A stretch of 64,000 nt of DNA from an uncultured Chloroflexia bacterium (GTDB lineage: Bacteria; Chloroflexota; Limnocylindria; Limnocylindrales; CSP1-4), in assembly GCA_963712735.1 (NCBI GenBank), contig CAVQIZ010000001.1:23111-87110 (forward strand). The letters are read 5' to 3'. This document shows, piece after piece, positions 20,992 through 31,140 of the stretch (within the stretch, counting starts at the first letter, position 1; each line of letters begins with the position of its first letter). The translations under genes and the position numbers were made by a program. The notes under the pieces are model-generated. The model was not told the DNA's origin. It saw only the letters and a list, made by a program, of their open reading frames with translations, and did no database searches.

Positions 20992-21761
20992 TCAGCCCAT
21001 CCAGCCGCCGCCGCTCACGTTCATGATGGCGCCGGTCACGAAGCTGGCGTGGTCAGAGGCCAGGAAGACCGCCACCGACGGCGACCTCGGCCGGGTCGGC
21101 CTGGCGCGCCAGCGGCGTGCTGTCGATGTAGGCCTGTGCCGCGGGCGAGAAGCCGGCTCGCTGCATGGGCGTGTCGATGAAACCAGGAGCGATGCTGTTG
21201 ACGCGGATGCCGGCCGGTCCGTAGTGACGGGCCATGGCGTAGGTGAGCGCGATGACGCCGCCCTTCGACGCGCCGTACGCCGGTGCCGAGCTGACGCCGC
21301 CCATGGTGGCGGAGATGGAGGTGAAGGTGCAGATGCTGCCCGTGCGTCCCGGCCTCCCGCATGTGCTCCCCGACCGTGCGCGAGAGGAAGAACGACGCCT
21401 TCAGGTTGGTGTCCAGCTGCCAGTCCCAGGCTTCCTCGGTGACGTCGGTGAAGGGCTCGCGCTTGAGCACGCCGGCTGCCAGCACGAGCGCCTGGATCGG
21501 GCCCAGCTCGGCCGCGGCACCCTCGACCAGGCCGACCGTGGGCGTCGAGGTCGTTGAGGTCCATGCCCACCGCCTGGTGGGGCCCGCCCGGCAGCGACGC
21601 CACGACCGCCTGTGCCTGGTCGGCTCGCAGGTCCACGGCGCAGACGCGCGCGCCCACGTCGGCGAACGCTCTGCGCGGTCGCCTCGCCGATGCCCTGCGC
21701 CGCGCCCGTCACGATGACGGCGCGATCCTCCAGCCCCCACCCCGCTGCGGCCACCATCCAT
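20992..21761 (-). CDS. SDR family oxidoreductase (several frameshifts)
   Basis: IVTGAAQGIG, YGASKGG, IAPGFIDT, FVTGAIMNVSGG spread over frames. Confidence 0.82.
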
Positions 21762-21834
21762 GTCCTGACCTCCTGTCCCAGCCTTCGGGCCAGCCGCCCG
21801 ACGGACCTAGCCTACTTGCCCCGGGAGCGACCAG

Positions 21835-22831
21835 ATGAGCCATCCGACCATCCGGCCCGCGGGCTGGCCCGCCAGCCCCATCGCGCCACAGCGAGGTGCT
21901 GGGCCGGCCGCTGCGCCAGGACGGCCTGGAGACGCTCGGCATCAGCACCCAGACGTGGGCCGAGGTCGCGCTCGAGGAGGGCCGCTGGGACCTGGCGCTC
22001 GAGCTGGTGGAGTACTTCGCCCACGAGATCTCGATCATGAACGACGTCCTCTTCGTGTGGCTGACCGACATCCTCGACTATCGCCTGGCGCGGGCCGGTG
22101 CGACCGAGGCGGGCATGGGCGCCAAGCTGCTCGGCGGCTACCGTCGCTTCCAGCCCGGCGCCGGGGACCTGGAGCGTGCACGGCAGGCCATCGAGGCGCG
22201 CGACGGAGCGGCCGCAGCCGCGGCGGTCGAGCTCATGCGCGTGCGCTGGGCGGCACAGCACGACGGCCTGGTGGCCTGGATCCAGGAGGTGCAGACCGAG
22301 ATCGCCGCGGCGTTCGGGGAGGACGCCATCCGCGAGTCGGTCACCCTGGCCTACGAGCACATCTGGAAGCCGCGCTACGCGCTGTGGGGCCGCATGAGCC
22401 CTGAGCTGCGCTTGCAGCTCAGCGTGGAGGGGATGCGCGGTGGCCACCTGTCCGGGCCACGCCACCGCGGTGACGTCGGGGTCAGCGACGAGGGCGACCG
22501 CTACGTCATGTCGCTCGACCCCTGCGGCAGCTGTGGCGTGCTGCGACGGGGCGATCCCGACAGCGGCCGGCCGCCGCACCCCTCGGCCACCAACCAGGAG
22601 CCGCATCCCTGGACGCAGGGCCGCACCGGCATGAGCTGGTACAGCATCCATTCGATGATCGCGCTGGAGTACATCCAGATGTCGCAGGGCCAGCCGCCCC
22701 TGCGCCCGGTCGAGGACTGCGACCTGCCCGACCGGCCCTGCCGCTGGTTCATCTACAAGGACGTCAGCAAGCCTCGTCGCGTGCACTACGAGCGACAGGG
22801 CTTCACGCCACCGCCCGACGCGCCGGCATAG
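21835..22831 (+). CDS. Hypothetical protein with Cys/His motifs (frameshift near 5' end)
   Basis: Protein-like ORF 21896..22831 with EGMRGGH, LDPCGSCG, CRWFIYKD; RBS and ATG at 21835. Confidence 0.7.
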
Positions 22832-22884
22832 CAGCCCGCGCCGCACGGCCACCTTCACGCCCCCATCACACCCGGAGGTCACCG

Positions 22885-23921
22885 ATGTCCCGACTCGCCG
22901 ATCTGCCACTGCTCCCGGTCCAGGCGCTCGGCAGCGCCGCCGCTCCACCCTGGGTCTGGCTCCTGCGGGACGCGGTGGGGGAGGGAGCGTTGGGCCCCTC
23001 GGACATCGCCGAGTCGCTGCACGACGCCGCCCGCATCGCCCTGCTGGACCAGGCGGAGGCCGGCTACGACATCGTCTCCGACGGCGAGATGCTGCGAGCC
23101 GACTTCACCCGCAACTTCCACGGGCACATCCGCGGACTCGAGCCCATCGAGTACGAGCGGCGCCTGGGCTATCCCGGACCCGACCAGCTGGACGCCTTCC
23201 GGGCCGTCTCGCCGATCGCCGCGCCCGACGGGCTACGGACTGGTGGACGAGACGCGGGCGATGCTGGCGCTGACCGACCGTCCCTTCGTGACCCCCCTGC
23301 AGGGGCCGGTGACGCAGGCCTTCCGCATCGATCCCGGGGACGCCTATGCCGACAAGGGCAAGGTGGCCTGGGCGCTGGTGCCGGACATCAACCGCGAGCT
23401 GAAGGCGGCCGTGGCGGCCGGCGCCCACCTGGTGCAGATCGACGAGCCGGCCTTCTGGATCATGCCCGGCGGGCTGCCGGAGATGGTCGATATCGCCAAT
23501 GCCTGCATCGAGGGCGTGGAGGCGATGACCTCGCTGCACCTGTGCTTCGGCAACTTCCGCGGCCGGCCCGCGACCGCCTACCGCTCGTACGCTGCCTTCG
23601 CGCCGCACTTCGCCGACCTCGCCTACGACGCGCTGAGCCTGGAGTTCGCCAACCGCTCCATGTGGCAGGCCGACCTGTGGGCCGAGCACGGAGCCGACAA
23701 GGTCCTGGTGGCCGGCGTCATCGACGTCAAGGGCCGCGATGCCGAGACGCCGGAGATCGTGGCCGAGCGCATCCGCCTGCTGCTGCGGTCGGTGGCGCCG
23801 CGAGAAGCTGTGGCTCTCCGCGGACTGTGGCTACAGCCAGACCGCGCGGCCACTGGCAGTCGACAAGATGCGCGCACTCACCGCCGCGGCGCGCACGCTG
23901 CGCGCGGAGCTGGCTGGCTGA
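22885..23921 (+). CDS. Cobalamin-independent methionine synthase (MetE) C-terminal-like Zn enzyme (frameshifted)
   Basis: DIVSDGEMLR, VQIDEP, LHLCFGN, LEFAN, GVIDVK, SADCG; single catalytic barrel. Confidence 0.82.
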
Positions 23922-23950
23922 GCCCTGGTGCAGGCGCGCTGTCAGGCGAT

Positions 23951-25258
23951 CTAGGAGGCGTGGTCCTGCGCCACCTCCATGGCGATGGCGGCCCACTCCC
24001 ACAGGCGCCGCGGGTCGTAGCGGACGGTGGAGATGTCCTTCATGATCAGCTCCACGTGGCAGCCCCGCGCCGCCTCGAGGAACTCGACCAGCTGACTGCG
24101 CGCGAGCTCGGGGTTCCAGGTGTCGCGGGCGAAGACGTCGGGGTTCGGCTTGCGGCAGAGGACGTAGTCGGCGCCGACCTGCTCCACCATGCGCGCCGTG
24201 TCGGCCCACGGTGTCGTCGAGATCTTGCGCAGGTTGGGGATGCGGCGGATGACGTCGATGGACTGGTCGAGCGGCTCACAGCAGCCGTAGTAGGTCAGGC
24301 CGCAGCGGGTCGAGCCAGCGCAGGTCGTGCTCGACCGCGAACTCCCAGCGCATCTGCGGCGAGACCTCGGAGAAGATCTGGGCGTTGGAGCAGCCCCACA
24401 TGTTGTGCGGCGTGCACGTGGTCCGGGTCGAAGTCATCGCCCGGCAGCTCCGCGCGTGTAGCCGTAGCCGCCCGAGCCGATGCGCGTGTTGTTGGCGTCG
24501 AGCGCGAGCAGGTTCATGCGCGTCGAACTGGTCCAGCTCGACCATCCAGGCGTCCACCATGCGCTCCACGCCGGCGTGCACCAGGTCGGGGCGCTCGACC
24601 AGGTCCATCATCGCCTCCTGCACGCCCCACCAGCGGATCGAGGTAGTCCCAGGGCGTGAACCAGATGTGCGTCTGGCCCATCTTGCGCACCGGCATGATG
24701 CCCTCGTAGACCTCGCACATGGCCTGGTAGCGGAACTCGGTCGCGGCCTCGTTGTGCGTGACCACCGGCATCTTGATCTTCTCGAGGTCGTCGAAGTCGC
24801 GGATCTGGATGTGGAACTCGCGCGAGACGATGTCGTTGGCCTCGTCGGTCCGGGCCAGCTCGACGTCCTCGACGATGCCGAAGTCGGTGCTGTGGATGGC
24901 CAGCGGACAGGTCAGGAAGTCGTCGAGGATCATGTCGCCGGGCAGGTGCCGCCACTGGTACAGCGTGCGCCGCAGGTCGCGCTCCTGGTCCTGCGCCCAG
25001 GCGTCGCGTGTCCGCAGCGTCAGCTCGCCGTCGACGTCCATCTCGTGCCAGGGGATCTCGTTGATCCAGACCATCGGCCGCACCGACTCGAGGTCGTTGA
25101 GCCGGCGCCACAGCTCGGCCTTCTCCTTGTGCACCGGCAGGGCCGCGTACTCCGCCAGCTCGCGAGGCCAGCTCTCGCAGGACCTCCTTGTCGTGGTCGG
25201 AGACCTCGATCTCGTGGGCGATCGGCGGTGGCTCGTAGTGGCTGGGATCGTGCAGCAT
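23951..25258 (-). CDS. URO-D/methyltransferase-fold protein (frameshifted), candidate substrate:corrinoid methyltransferase
   Basis: RPMVWINEIPWHEM, DLVERPDLVH, QIFSEVSP, YYGCCEPLD, LRKIS, ELIMKD across frames; GCCE resembles the URO-D/MtaA-fold metal site. Confidence 0.6.
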
Positions 25259-25302
25259 GCGGTGTCCTCCCCGCCCGATGTATAGCAGTGCGGCAGGCGC
25301 GA

Positions 25303-25316
25303 GTCAACCGGTTGAC
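25303..25316. promoter_or_regulatory. LacI-type operator, copy 6 (GTCAACCGGTTGAC), between divergent genes
   Basis: Perfect palindrome; minus strand TTGACT-17nt-TATACA toward the URO-D-like gene; TACCAT on the plus strand toward E1 alpha. Confidence 0.85.
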
Positions 25317-25398
25317 CAGCGCGGTACCATCGGTCGATCACGCTGCTGCGGTGGTCGTCGGCCGTCCGCATCGGCGCTCGAGTGGATGGGAGGAGTCG

Positions 25399-26361
25399 AT
25401 GACTGAACCGGACAGCCGCCGCCTCGGGTGGTACCGCCAGATGGTGCTCATCCGCGCCTTCGAGGACATCGTGCAGCAGATGTTCCTGGCCGGCCGGATC
25501 GAGGGCACGACGCACCTGTGCCAGGGCCAGGAGGCCGTCTCGGTCGGTGCCATCGCCGCCATGGCGCCCGGCGACGTGCAGACCAACACCTACCGTGGCC
25601 ACGGCGAGGCGCTGGCGCTGGGCATGGAGCCGGAAGTCGCCCTTGCCGAGCTGATGGGTCGGGCCACCGGTGGCTCGCGGGGTCTCGGCGGTTCGATGCA
25701 CCTCATCGACACCGAAAAGGGCAACATCGGGGCCAACGCCATCGTCGGCGCCGGCATGCCCATCGCGCTCGGCGCCGCCAGGGCCTTCCAGCTGCGCGGG
25801 GACCCTCACGTGGCGCTGACGTTCATGGGCGACGGCGCCACCAACATCGGCACCTTCCACGAGTCCATGAACATGGCCGCGGTGTGGGCTGCGCCGGTCG
25901 TGTTCATCGTCGCCAACAACCTCTACGGCGAGTACTCGCCGCTGCGCATGACGACGCCCATCGACGATCTCGCCCGACGCGCCGACCCCTACGGCATGCC
26001 CGGTGTCATCGTCGACGGCCAGGACGTCGAGGCGGTCTACGCTGCGACGGTCGAGGCGGTCGAGCGAGCACGACGCGGGGAGGGCCCCAGCCTGCTGGAG
26101 ATGAAGACCTACCGCTATCGCGGTCACTCCCGCACCGACCCGGCGAAGTACCGGCCGGAGGGCGAGCTGGAGGCCTGGAAGGAGCGTGACCCGCTGGTCA
26201 TCCTGGGCGGGCGCCTGGTCGACGAAGGCCTGCTGACGCCCGATGAGCAGGCCGCCCTCGCGGCGCAGGCCGAGGCAGACGTCGACGCCGCCATCGCGCG
26301 AGCCGAGGCAGCACCGTACCTGACACTCGAGGAGGCCGGCAGCTATGTCTACGCAGACTGA
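25399..26361 (+). CDS. TPP-dependent dehydrogenase E1 alpha (AcoA/PdhA-like)
   Basis: HLCQGQEA, YRGHG, GGSMH, GDGATN...NN, TYRYRGHS. Confidence 0.92.
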   Translation: MTEPDSRRLGWYRQMVLIRAFEDIVQQMFLAGRIEGTTHLCQGQEAVSVGAIAAMAPGDVQTNTYRGHGEALALGMEPEVALAELMGRATGGSRGLGGSMHLIDTEKGNIGANAIVGAGMPIALGAARAFQLRGDPHVALTFMGDGATNIGTFHESMNMAAVWAAPVVFIVANNLYGEYSPLRMTTPIDDLARRADPYGMPGVIVDGQDVEAVYAATVEAVERARRGEGPSLLEMKTYRYRGHSRTDPAKYRPEGELEAWKERDPLVILGGRLVDEGLLTPDEQAALAAQAEADVDAAIARAEAAPYLTLEEAGSYVYAD

Positions 26362-27361
26362 CACGCGGGCCGATGGGGCCGTGGACGAGGCCGTGGAGAT
26401 GACCTATCGCGACGCGGTCAACGCGGCCATGGACGACGCGCTCGCGGAGGACCCCGCGGTCGTCTTCATGGGCGAGGACGTGGCCAACGAGGGTGGCGTC
26501 TTCAAGACCAACGCCGGACTCGCCGAGAAGCACGGCGAGCGCGTCTTCAACACGCCCATCTGCGAGAACGGCTTCACCGGCGTGGCGCTGGGCATGGCCG
26601 TCGTGGGCATGCGGCCCATCGTCGAGTTCATGTTCGCCGACTTCATGCCCACCGCCGGCGACGCCATCGTCAACCAGCTGCCCAAGTACCGCTTCATGAG
26701 CGGGGGCAAGTTATCGGTGCCGGTGACGCTGCGGGTCATCTCCGGTGGTGGTGGACGTTTCGGCACGCAGCACAGCGCCACGGGCGAATCCTGGTTCATG
26801 AGCCAGCCCGGCATGCGCGTGGCGGCGGCCGGCACGCCGGCAGCGGCGTACGAGCTGCTGCGCGCGGCCATCGCGTCCGACGACCCGGTCATCGTCCACG
26901 AGCACAAGCTGCTGTACACGCGCAAGGGCCTGGTGCGCCGTGGTGCGGTCGCCGAGATGGGCAAGGCCGCGATGGAGCGCGAAGGATCGGATGTCACCAT
27001 CGTGGCCACGCTGCTGATGCTCGAACGGTCGCTGCAGGCGGCCGCGCTGCTGGACGCCGAGGGCATCGACGCCGAGGTCATCGACCTGCGCTGGATCCGG
27101 CCGCTGGACGTGGCCACGGTCGCAGCCTCGGTCGAGAAGACCGGCCGCCTCGTCATCGCCGAGGAGCAGTGGCATGACGCCGGCTGGGGCGCCACGCTCA
27201 TCAGCCGGCTGGCCATGAGCGGCGCCTATTTCGCGTCGCCTCCGCGCACCGTCGCTCTGCCCGACGACATCCTCATCCCCTACGCGCCACCTCTGGAGGA
27301 CGCCGTCATCCCCTCGGCCGAGCGCATCGCCGACGTCGTTCGCGAGTCGCTGCGCTCGTGA
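26345..27361 (+). CDS. TPP-dependent dehydrogenase E1 beta (AcoB/PdhB-like)
   Basis: MGEDV, NTPICE, MRPIVEFMFADF, QHS, EVIDLRWIRPLD. Confidence 0.92.
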   Translation: MSTQTDTRADGAVDEAVEMTYRDAVNAAMDDALAEDPAVVFMGEDVANEGGVFKTNAGLAEKHGERVFNTPICENGFTGVALGMAVVGMRPIVEFMFADFMPTAGDAIVNQLPKYRFMSGGKLSVPVTLRVISGGGGRFGTQHSATGESWFMSQPGMRVAAAGTPAAAYELLRAAIASDDPVIVHEHKLLYTRKGLVRRGAVAEMGKAAMEREGSDVTIVATLLMLERSLQAAALLDAEGIDAEVIDLRWIRPLDVATVAASVEKTGRLVIAEEQWHDAGWGATLISRLAMSGAYFASPPRTVALPDDILIPYAPPLEDAVIPSAERIADVVRESLRS

Positions 27362-28845
27362 GCGTCTTCTCCGAGTCCCTCGCCCGCAACGACGGGAGCA
27401 CCACGCTGGTGGAGCTGGTGCCCTGGGCCGGCCCGCTGCAGGATGAGGCCGGCGAGCGCCACCGGGCGATGGCCGAGGAGATGGCTGCCGACACCCGCAT
27501 CACGGCGCTGACCATCACCGACAACGCCGGCGGCTTCGTGCGCCTTGGCCCGCTGACCCTGGGCCGTGCCATCCACGAGCTGGGTGGCGAGGTCGTCGTC
27601 CACCTGGCCTGCCGCGACCGCAGTCGCGCGGCGCTGCAGTCCACCGCCTTCGGCCTGGCCAGCGAGGGCCTGACCAACGTGCTCGCGCTCAGCGGCGACT
27701 ACCCCAAGGACGGCTTCCACGGTCGCTCACGGGCCGTCTTCGACATCGACTCGGTGGGCCTCCTGACCCTGCTTCGCGACGTGTCCGATCACGGTCCCGA
27801 CTTCACGCTCGGATGTGCCATCAACCCCTTCAAGGCCCTCGAGGGCGACCTGGTGCCGCAGTACCTCAAGCTGGCGCTCAAGGTACGTGCCGGGGCGGAC
27901 CTCGCCATCACCCAGGTCGGCTACGACACGCGCTCGTGGTCTGAGCTGCTGACCTGGAACGCCGCCCAGCCGCGACCCATCCCGCTGATGACCTCGATCT
28001 ACATCCTGTCGCGGCCGGTGGCCAACGTCTTCCACCGCGACGGCGTGCCCGGGATCCGCCTCTCCGACGAGCTGCTCGCGTGGGTCGAGAAGCAGGCCGC
28101 AGCCGATGACAAGGGCCGCGCGGCCTTCCTCGAGCTCGCTGCCAAGCAGGTCGCCGTGGCCCGCGGCATGGGCTTCGCCGGCAGCTACCTCGCCGGACAG
28201 CGCAACGCGGCTGAGATCGACACCATCCTGCGCCTGGCCGACGCCTTCGCCTCCGACTGGCGCGCGCTGCTCGCCGAGGTCCACTTCCCAGAGCCGGAGG
28301 CGTACCGCCTGTACGAGCCGGGCGACGTGCCGCAGCTGGCCTCGACGAGGGCCACGCCTCCGACGCGGACCAAGCGCGTGCCGCTGATGTATCGCTTCAA
28401 CCGGCTGGTGCACGACCACGCCTTCGCGCCCGAGGCGCGTGGCTTCGCCGTCGCCCGGGGGGTCTACGGACGCCTGGAATCGGCGCACCTGATGTGGCCG
28501 GCACACGTCCTGGAGCAGGCCGTCAAGGTGCCCATGTTCGACTGCAAGGACTGCGGTGACTGCTCGCTGCCGGACATCGCCTACCAGTGCCCGGAGGGCG
28601 CCTGCGCCAAGAACCAGCGCAACGGCCCATGCGGCGGCTCGCTCGATGGCGAGTGCGAGGTGCCCGGCAAGCCCTGCGTCTGGACCAATGCCTACGAACG
28701 GCTGCGCCCCTACGGCGAGGCCATGACCATGCTCGAACGCGAGCCCGTGCTGCAGGACAACGCCCTCCGTGGCAGCAGTGCCTGGGCCAACACGTTCCTT
28801 GGCCGCGACCACTACGGCTACAAGACCCAGGGAGACGATTCGTGA
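27358..28845 (+). CDS. metF: Methylenetetrahydrofolate reductase fused to a C-terminal MetV-like Cys-rich domain
   Basis: ITDN, HLACRDRSR, LALSGD, KVRAGADLAITQVGYD; C-terminal CKDCGDC...CP...CAKNQRNGPCGG...CEV...CVW. Confidence 0.85.
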   Translation: MSVFSESLARNDGSTTLVELVPWAGPLQDEAGERHRAMAEEMAADTRITALTITDNAGGFVRLGPLTLGRAIHELGGEVVVHLACRDRSRAALQSTAFGLASEGLTNVLALSGDYPKDGFHGRSRAVFDIDSVGLLTLLRDVSDHGPDFTLGCAINPFKALEGDLVPQYLKLALKVRAGADLAITQVGYDTRSWSELLTWNAAQPRPIPLMTSIYILSRPVANVFHRDGVPGIRLSDELLAWVEKQAAADDKGRAAFLELAAKQVAVARGMGFAGSYLAGQRNAAEIDTILRLADAFASDWRALLAEVHFPEPEAYRLYEPGDVPQLASTRATPPTRTKRVPLMYRFNRLVHDHAFAPEARGFAVARGVYGRLESAHLMWPAHVLEQAVKVPMFDCKDCGDCSLPDIAYQCPEGACAKNQRNGPCGGSLDGECEVPGKPCVWTNAYERLRPYGEAMTMLEREPVLQDNALRGSSAWANTFLGRDHYGYKTQGDDS

Positions 28846-29882
28846 CCCACGCTGCAGGCGAGACCCCGTTCATCATCATCGGCGAGAACATCCACTGCAG
28901 CCGCGTGGTGAAGCGCGAGGGGGCGCGCGGCGGGATCGCGCCCGACGGGCGCCCCGGCGTTCGCTTCCCCGACGGCGAGGGTGGCGAGGCGTGGGTGCCG
29001 CTGCCGGCCTCGATCGTCGAGTCCAAAGAGTTCAGCAGCAGCGAGCGCATCAAGCACGTCATGGCGGCGGTCCGTGTCGGTCTCGCCGGCGGCGCTGACG
29101 CCGACGTGGCTGCGCGCTACGTGGCCTGGATGGCGCAGCGCCAGATCGCCGGCGGCGCGCACTACCTCGACCTCAACGTCGACGAGATCAGCCCCGAGGT
29201 CGGCGGACGCCTCGAGGCCATGCAGTGGCTGGTGGCCGCCGTGGGTCCGGCATCGAGCGTGCCCCTGTCGATCGACTCCTCGGACGCCGCCGTGCTGGAG
29301 TCCGGTCTCGATGCCATCGATCCCGCCTGGGCCGAGGGCGCCACGCCCATGGTCAACTCGGCTTCGACCGAGCGCCCCGACGTACTCGAGCTCGTCAAGC
29401 AGCGGGGCACGCCGGTGGTGCTCTCGTGCACGGGGGCGTCGATGCCATCGGGCACACAGGATCGCATCGACCGCGCCGAGGAGATCGTCGGCATGGCCTT
29501 CGACCTGGGCCTGACGGCCGACTCGCTCTTCGTGGACCCGCTGGTCATCCCCATCGGCGTGGACCCCATGGCCGGCAGCGCCTATCTCGAGGCTGTGCGG
29601 GCCATCCGCGAGCGCTTCGGCGCGGACATCCACATCACCGGCGGGGTCAGCAACATCAGCTTCGGCCTGCCGGCTCGGCGTCTCATCAGCGACGTCTTCC
29701 TCGATCTCTCGGTCCAGGCGGGGCAGGACAGCGGCATCATCGACCCGGTGGCAGACGTACAGGCAGCGCTGGAGCCCGACCGCGACTCGGAGCCCTACCG
29801 TTTGGCGGCTGCCATGCTCACGGGCGAGGACGCCTTCGGTATGGCCTTCATCGAGGCCTACCGCGCGGGCACGCTCGGCTAG
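28842..29882 (+). CDS. Pterin-binding methyltetrahydrofolate:corrinoid methyltransferase (AcsE/MT2-like)
   Basis: IIIGENIH, GAHYLDLNV, PLSIDS, MVNS, FVDPLVIPI, GVSNISFGLP, IIDP. Confidence 0.85.
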   Translation: MTHAAGETPFIIIGENIHCSRVVKREGARGGIAPDGRPGVRFPDGEGGEAWVPLPASIVESKEFSSSERIKHVMAAVRVGLAGGADADVAARYVAWMAQRQIAGGAHYLDLNVDEISPEVGGRLEAMQWLVAAVGPASSVPLSIDSSDAAVLESGLDAIDPAWAEGATPMVNSASTERPDVLELVKQRGTPVVLSCTGASMPSGTQDRIDRAEEIVGMAFDLGLTADSLFVDPLVIPIGVDPMAGSAYLEAVRAIRERFGADIHITGGVSNISFGLPARRLISDVFLDLSVQAGQDSGIIDPVADVQAALEPDRDSEPYRLAAAMLTGEDAFGMAFIEAYRAGTLG

Positions 29883-29987
29883 GACGACGACGTCCGTTCA
29901 GCCGCTCCCGCCCGCTCCGGCGGCTGGCGCACGACGGTGTGCCCGAACCGGGCGGTGCCCCGCCGCCGGGCAGATCCTGACGTCGAC

Positions 29988-30033
29988 TGGACAACGTGCG
30001 CGCTCGATGGTACGTTGGATGGTAACGTTAACA
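29988..30033 (+). promoter_or_regulatory. Sigma70-type promoter with a second LacI-type operator
   Basis: TGGACA(29988)-17nt-TACGTT(30011) followed by near-palindrome TGGTAACGTTAACA (30020-30033). Confidence 0.72.
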
Positions 30034-30075
30034 ACGCGCGGCGCAGGTAGCCGCTCGGCGAGGAAGGACCATTCG

Positions 30076-31135
30076 ATGACGACGTTCTCCAGCACCATCC
30101 CAGCGACCGATGTGGAGCGTGACCTGGCACCGGATGACCTGATCGTCATCACCGGCGCCGGCGGCTTCATCGCCGGCTCGCTGACGCGCTACTTCGCGCA
30201 GCAGGGGTACACCAACATCCGCGCCATCGATCGCAAGCCGCTGCCTGACTGGTACCTGCGTGTACCGGGCGTCGAGTCGATCTCAGCCGATCTCAGCGTG
30301 GAGGCAGAACGCCATCGACGCCGTCAAGGGGGCGAAGGAGGTCTACAACCTCGCCGCCGACATGGGCGGCATGGGCTTCATCGAGCACTTCCGCGTCGAG
30401 TGCCTGCGCAGCATCCTCGTCAACACGCACCTCACCGAGGCCTCCTACCGTGCCGGCGTCGAGCGCTACTTCTTCAGCTCGTCCGCCTGCGCCTACAACA
30501 CGGACCTGCAGAAGACGCCGGAGGTCATCGCGCTCAAGGAATCGGACGCCTACCCGGCGATGGCCGAGCGCGGCTACGGCTGGGAGAAGCTCATCAGCGA
30601 GATGTTCTGCCAGGAGTACTGGGCCGAGCGAGGCCTGGAGACGCACATCGCCCGCTTCCACAACATCTACGGGCCCAACGGCACCTGGTTCGGTGGCCGT
30701 GAGAAGGCTCCCGCCGCGATGATCCGCAAGGTCCTCGAGGCGCAGGACAGCGGTGACATGCGCATCGAGATCTGGGGCGACGGGGAGCAGACGCGATCGT
30801 TCTGCTACATCGATGACTGCCTGCACGGCATCGACCGCATCATGCACAGCCCGGAGCTGATCGCCACGCCCATCAACCTCGGCTCCAGCGAGCTGGTCTC
30901 CATCAACGAGCTGGTCTCCATCGTGGAAGACATCGCGGGTGTGAAGCTCGAGCGTGAGTACGACCTCGACGCGCCCAAGGGCGTGGCCGGTCGCAACAGC
31001 GACAACACCTTCATCAAGGAGGTCCTTGGCTGGGAGCCCAGCACGCCGCTGCGTGATGGCATGGCGGAGACGTACGCCTGGATCGCGCAGCAGTTCGCCG
31101 ACCGCAAGGCTGGCAAGCGCGTCGTCGAGGGCTAG
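30076..31135 (+). CDS. NAD-dependent epimerase, GDP-mannose 3,5-epimerase-like (frameshift near 30305)
   Basis: GAGGFIA, LAADMGGMGFI, SSSACAY, YGWEK, RFHNIYGP, GGREKAPAA, WGDGEQTRSF, GRNSDN. Confidence 0.85.
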
Positions 31136-31140
31136 GACCG

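Noticed and set aside
19625-23921. Coenzyme M biosynthesis / epoxide metabolism cluster (lyase + SDR + MetE-like, as in Xanthobacter xcb/xec)
   Set aside because: No phosphosulfolactate synthase, alkene monooxygenase or 2-ketopropyl-CoM carboxylase is present; the resemblance is at superfamily level only
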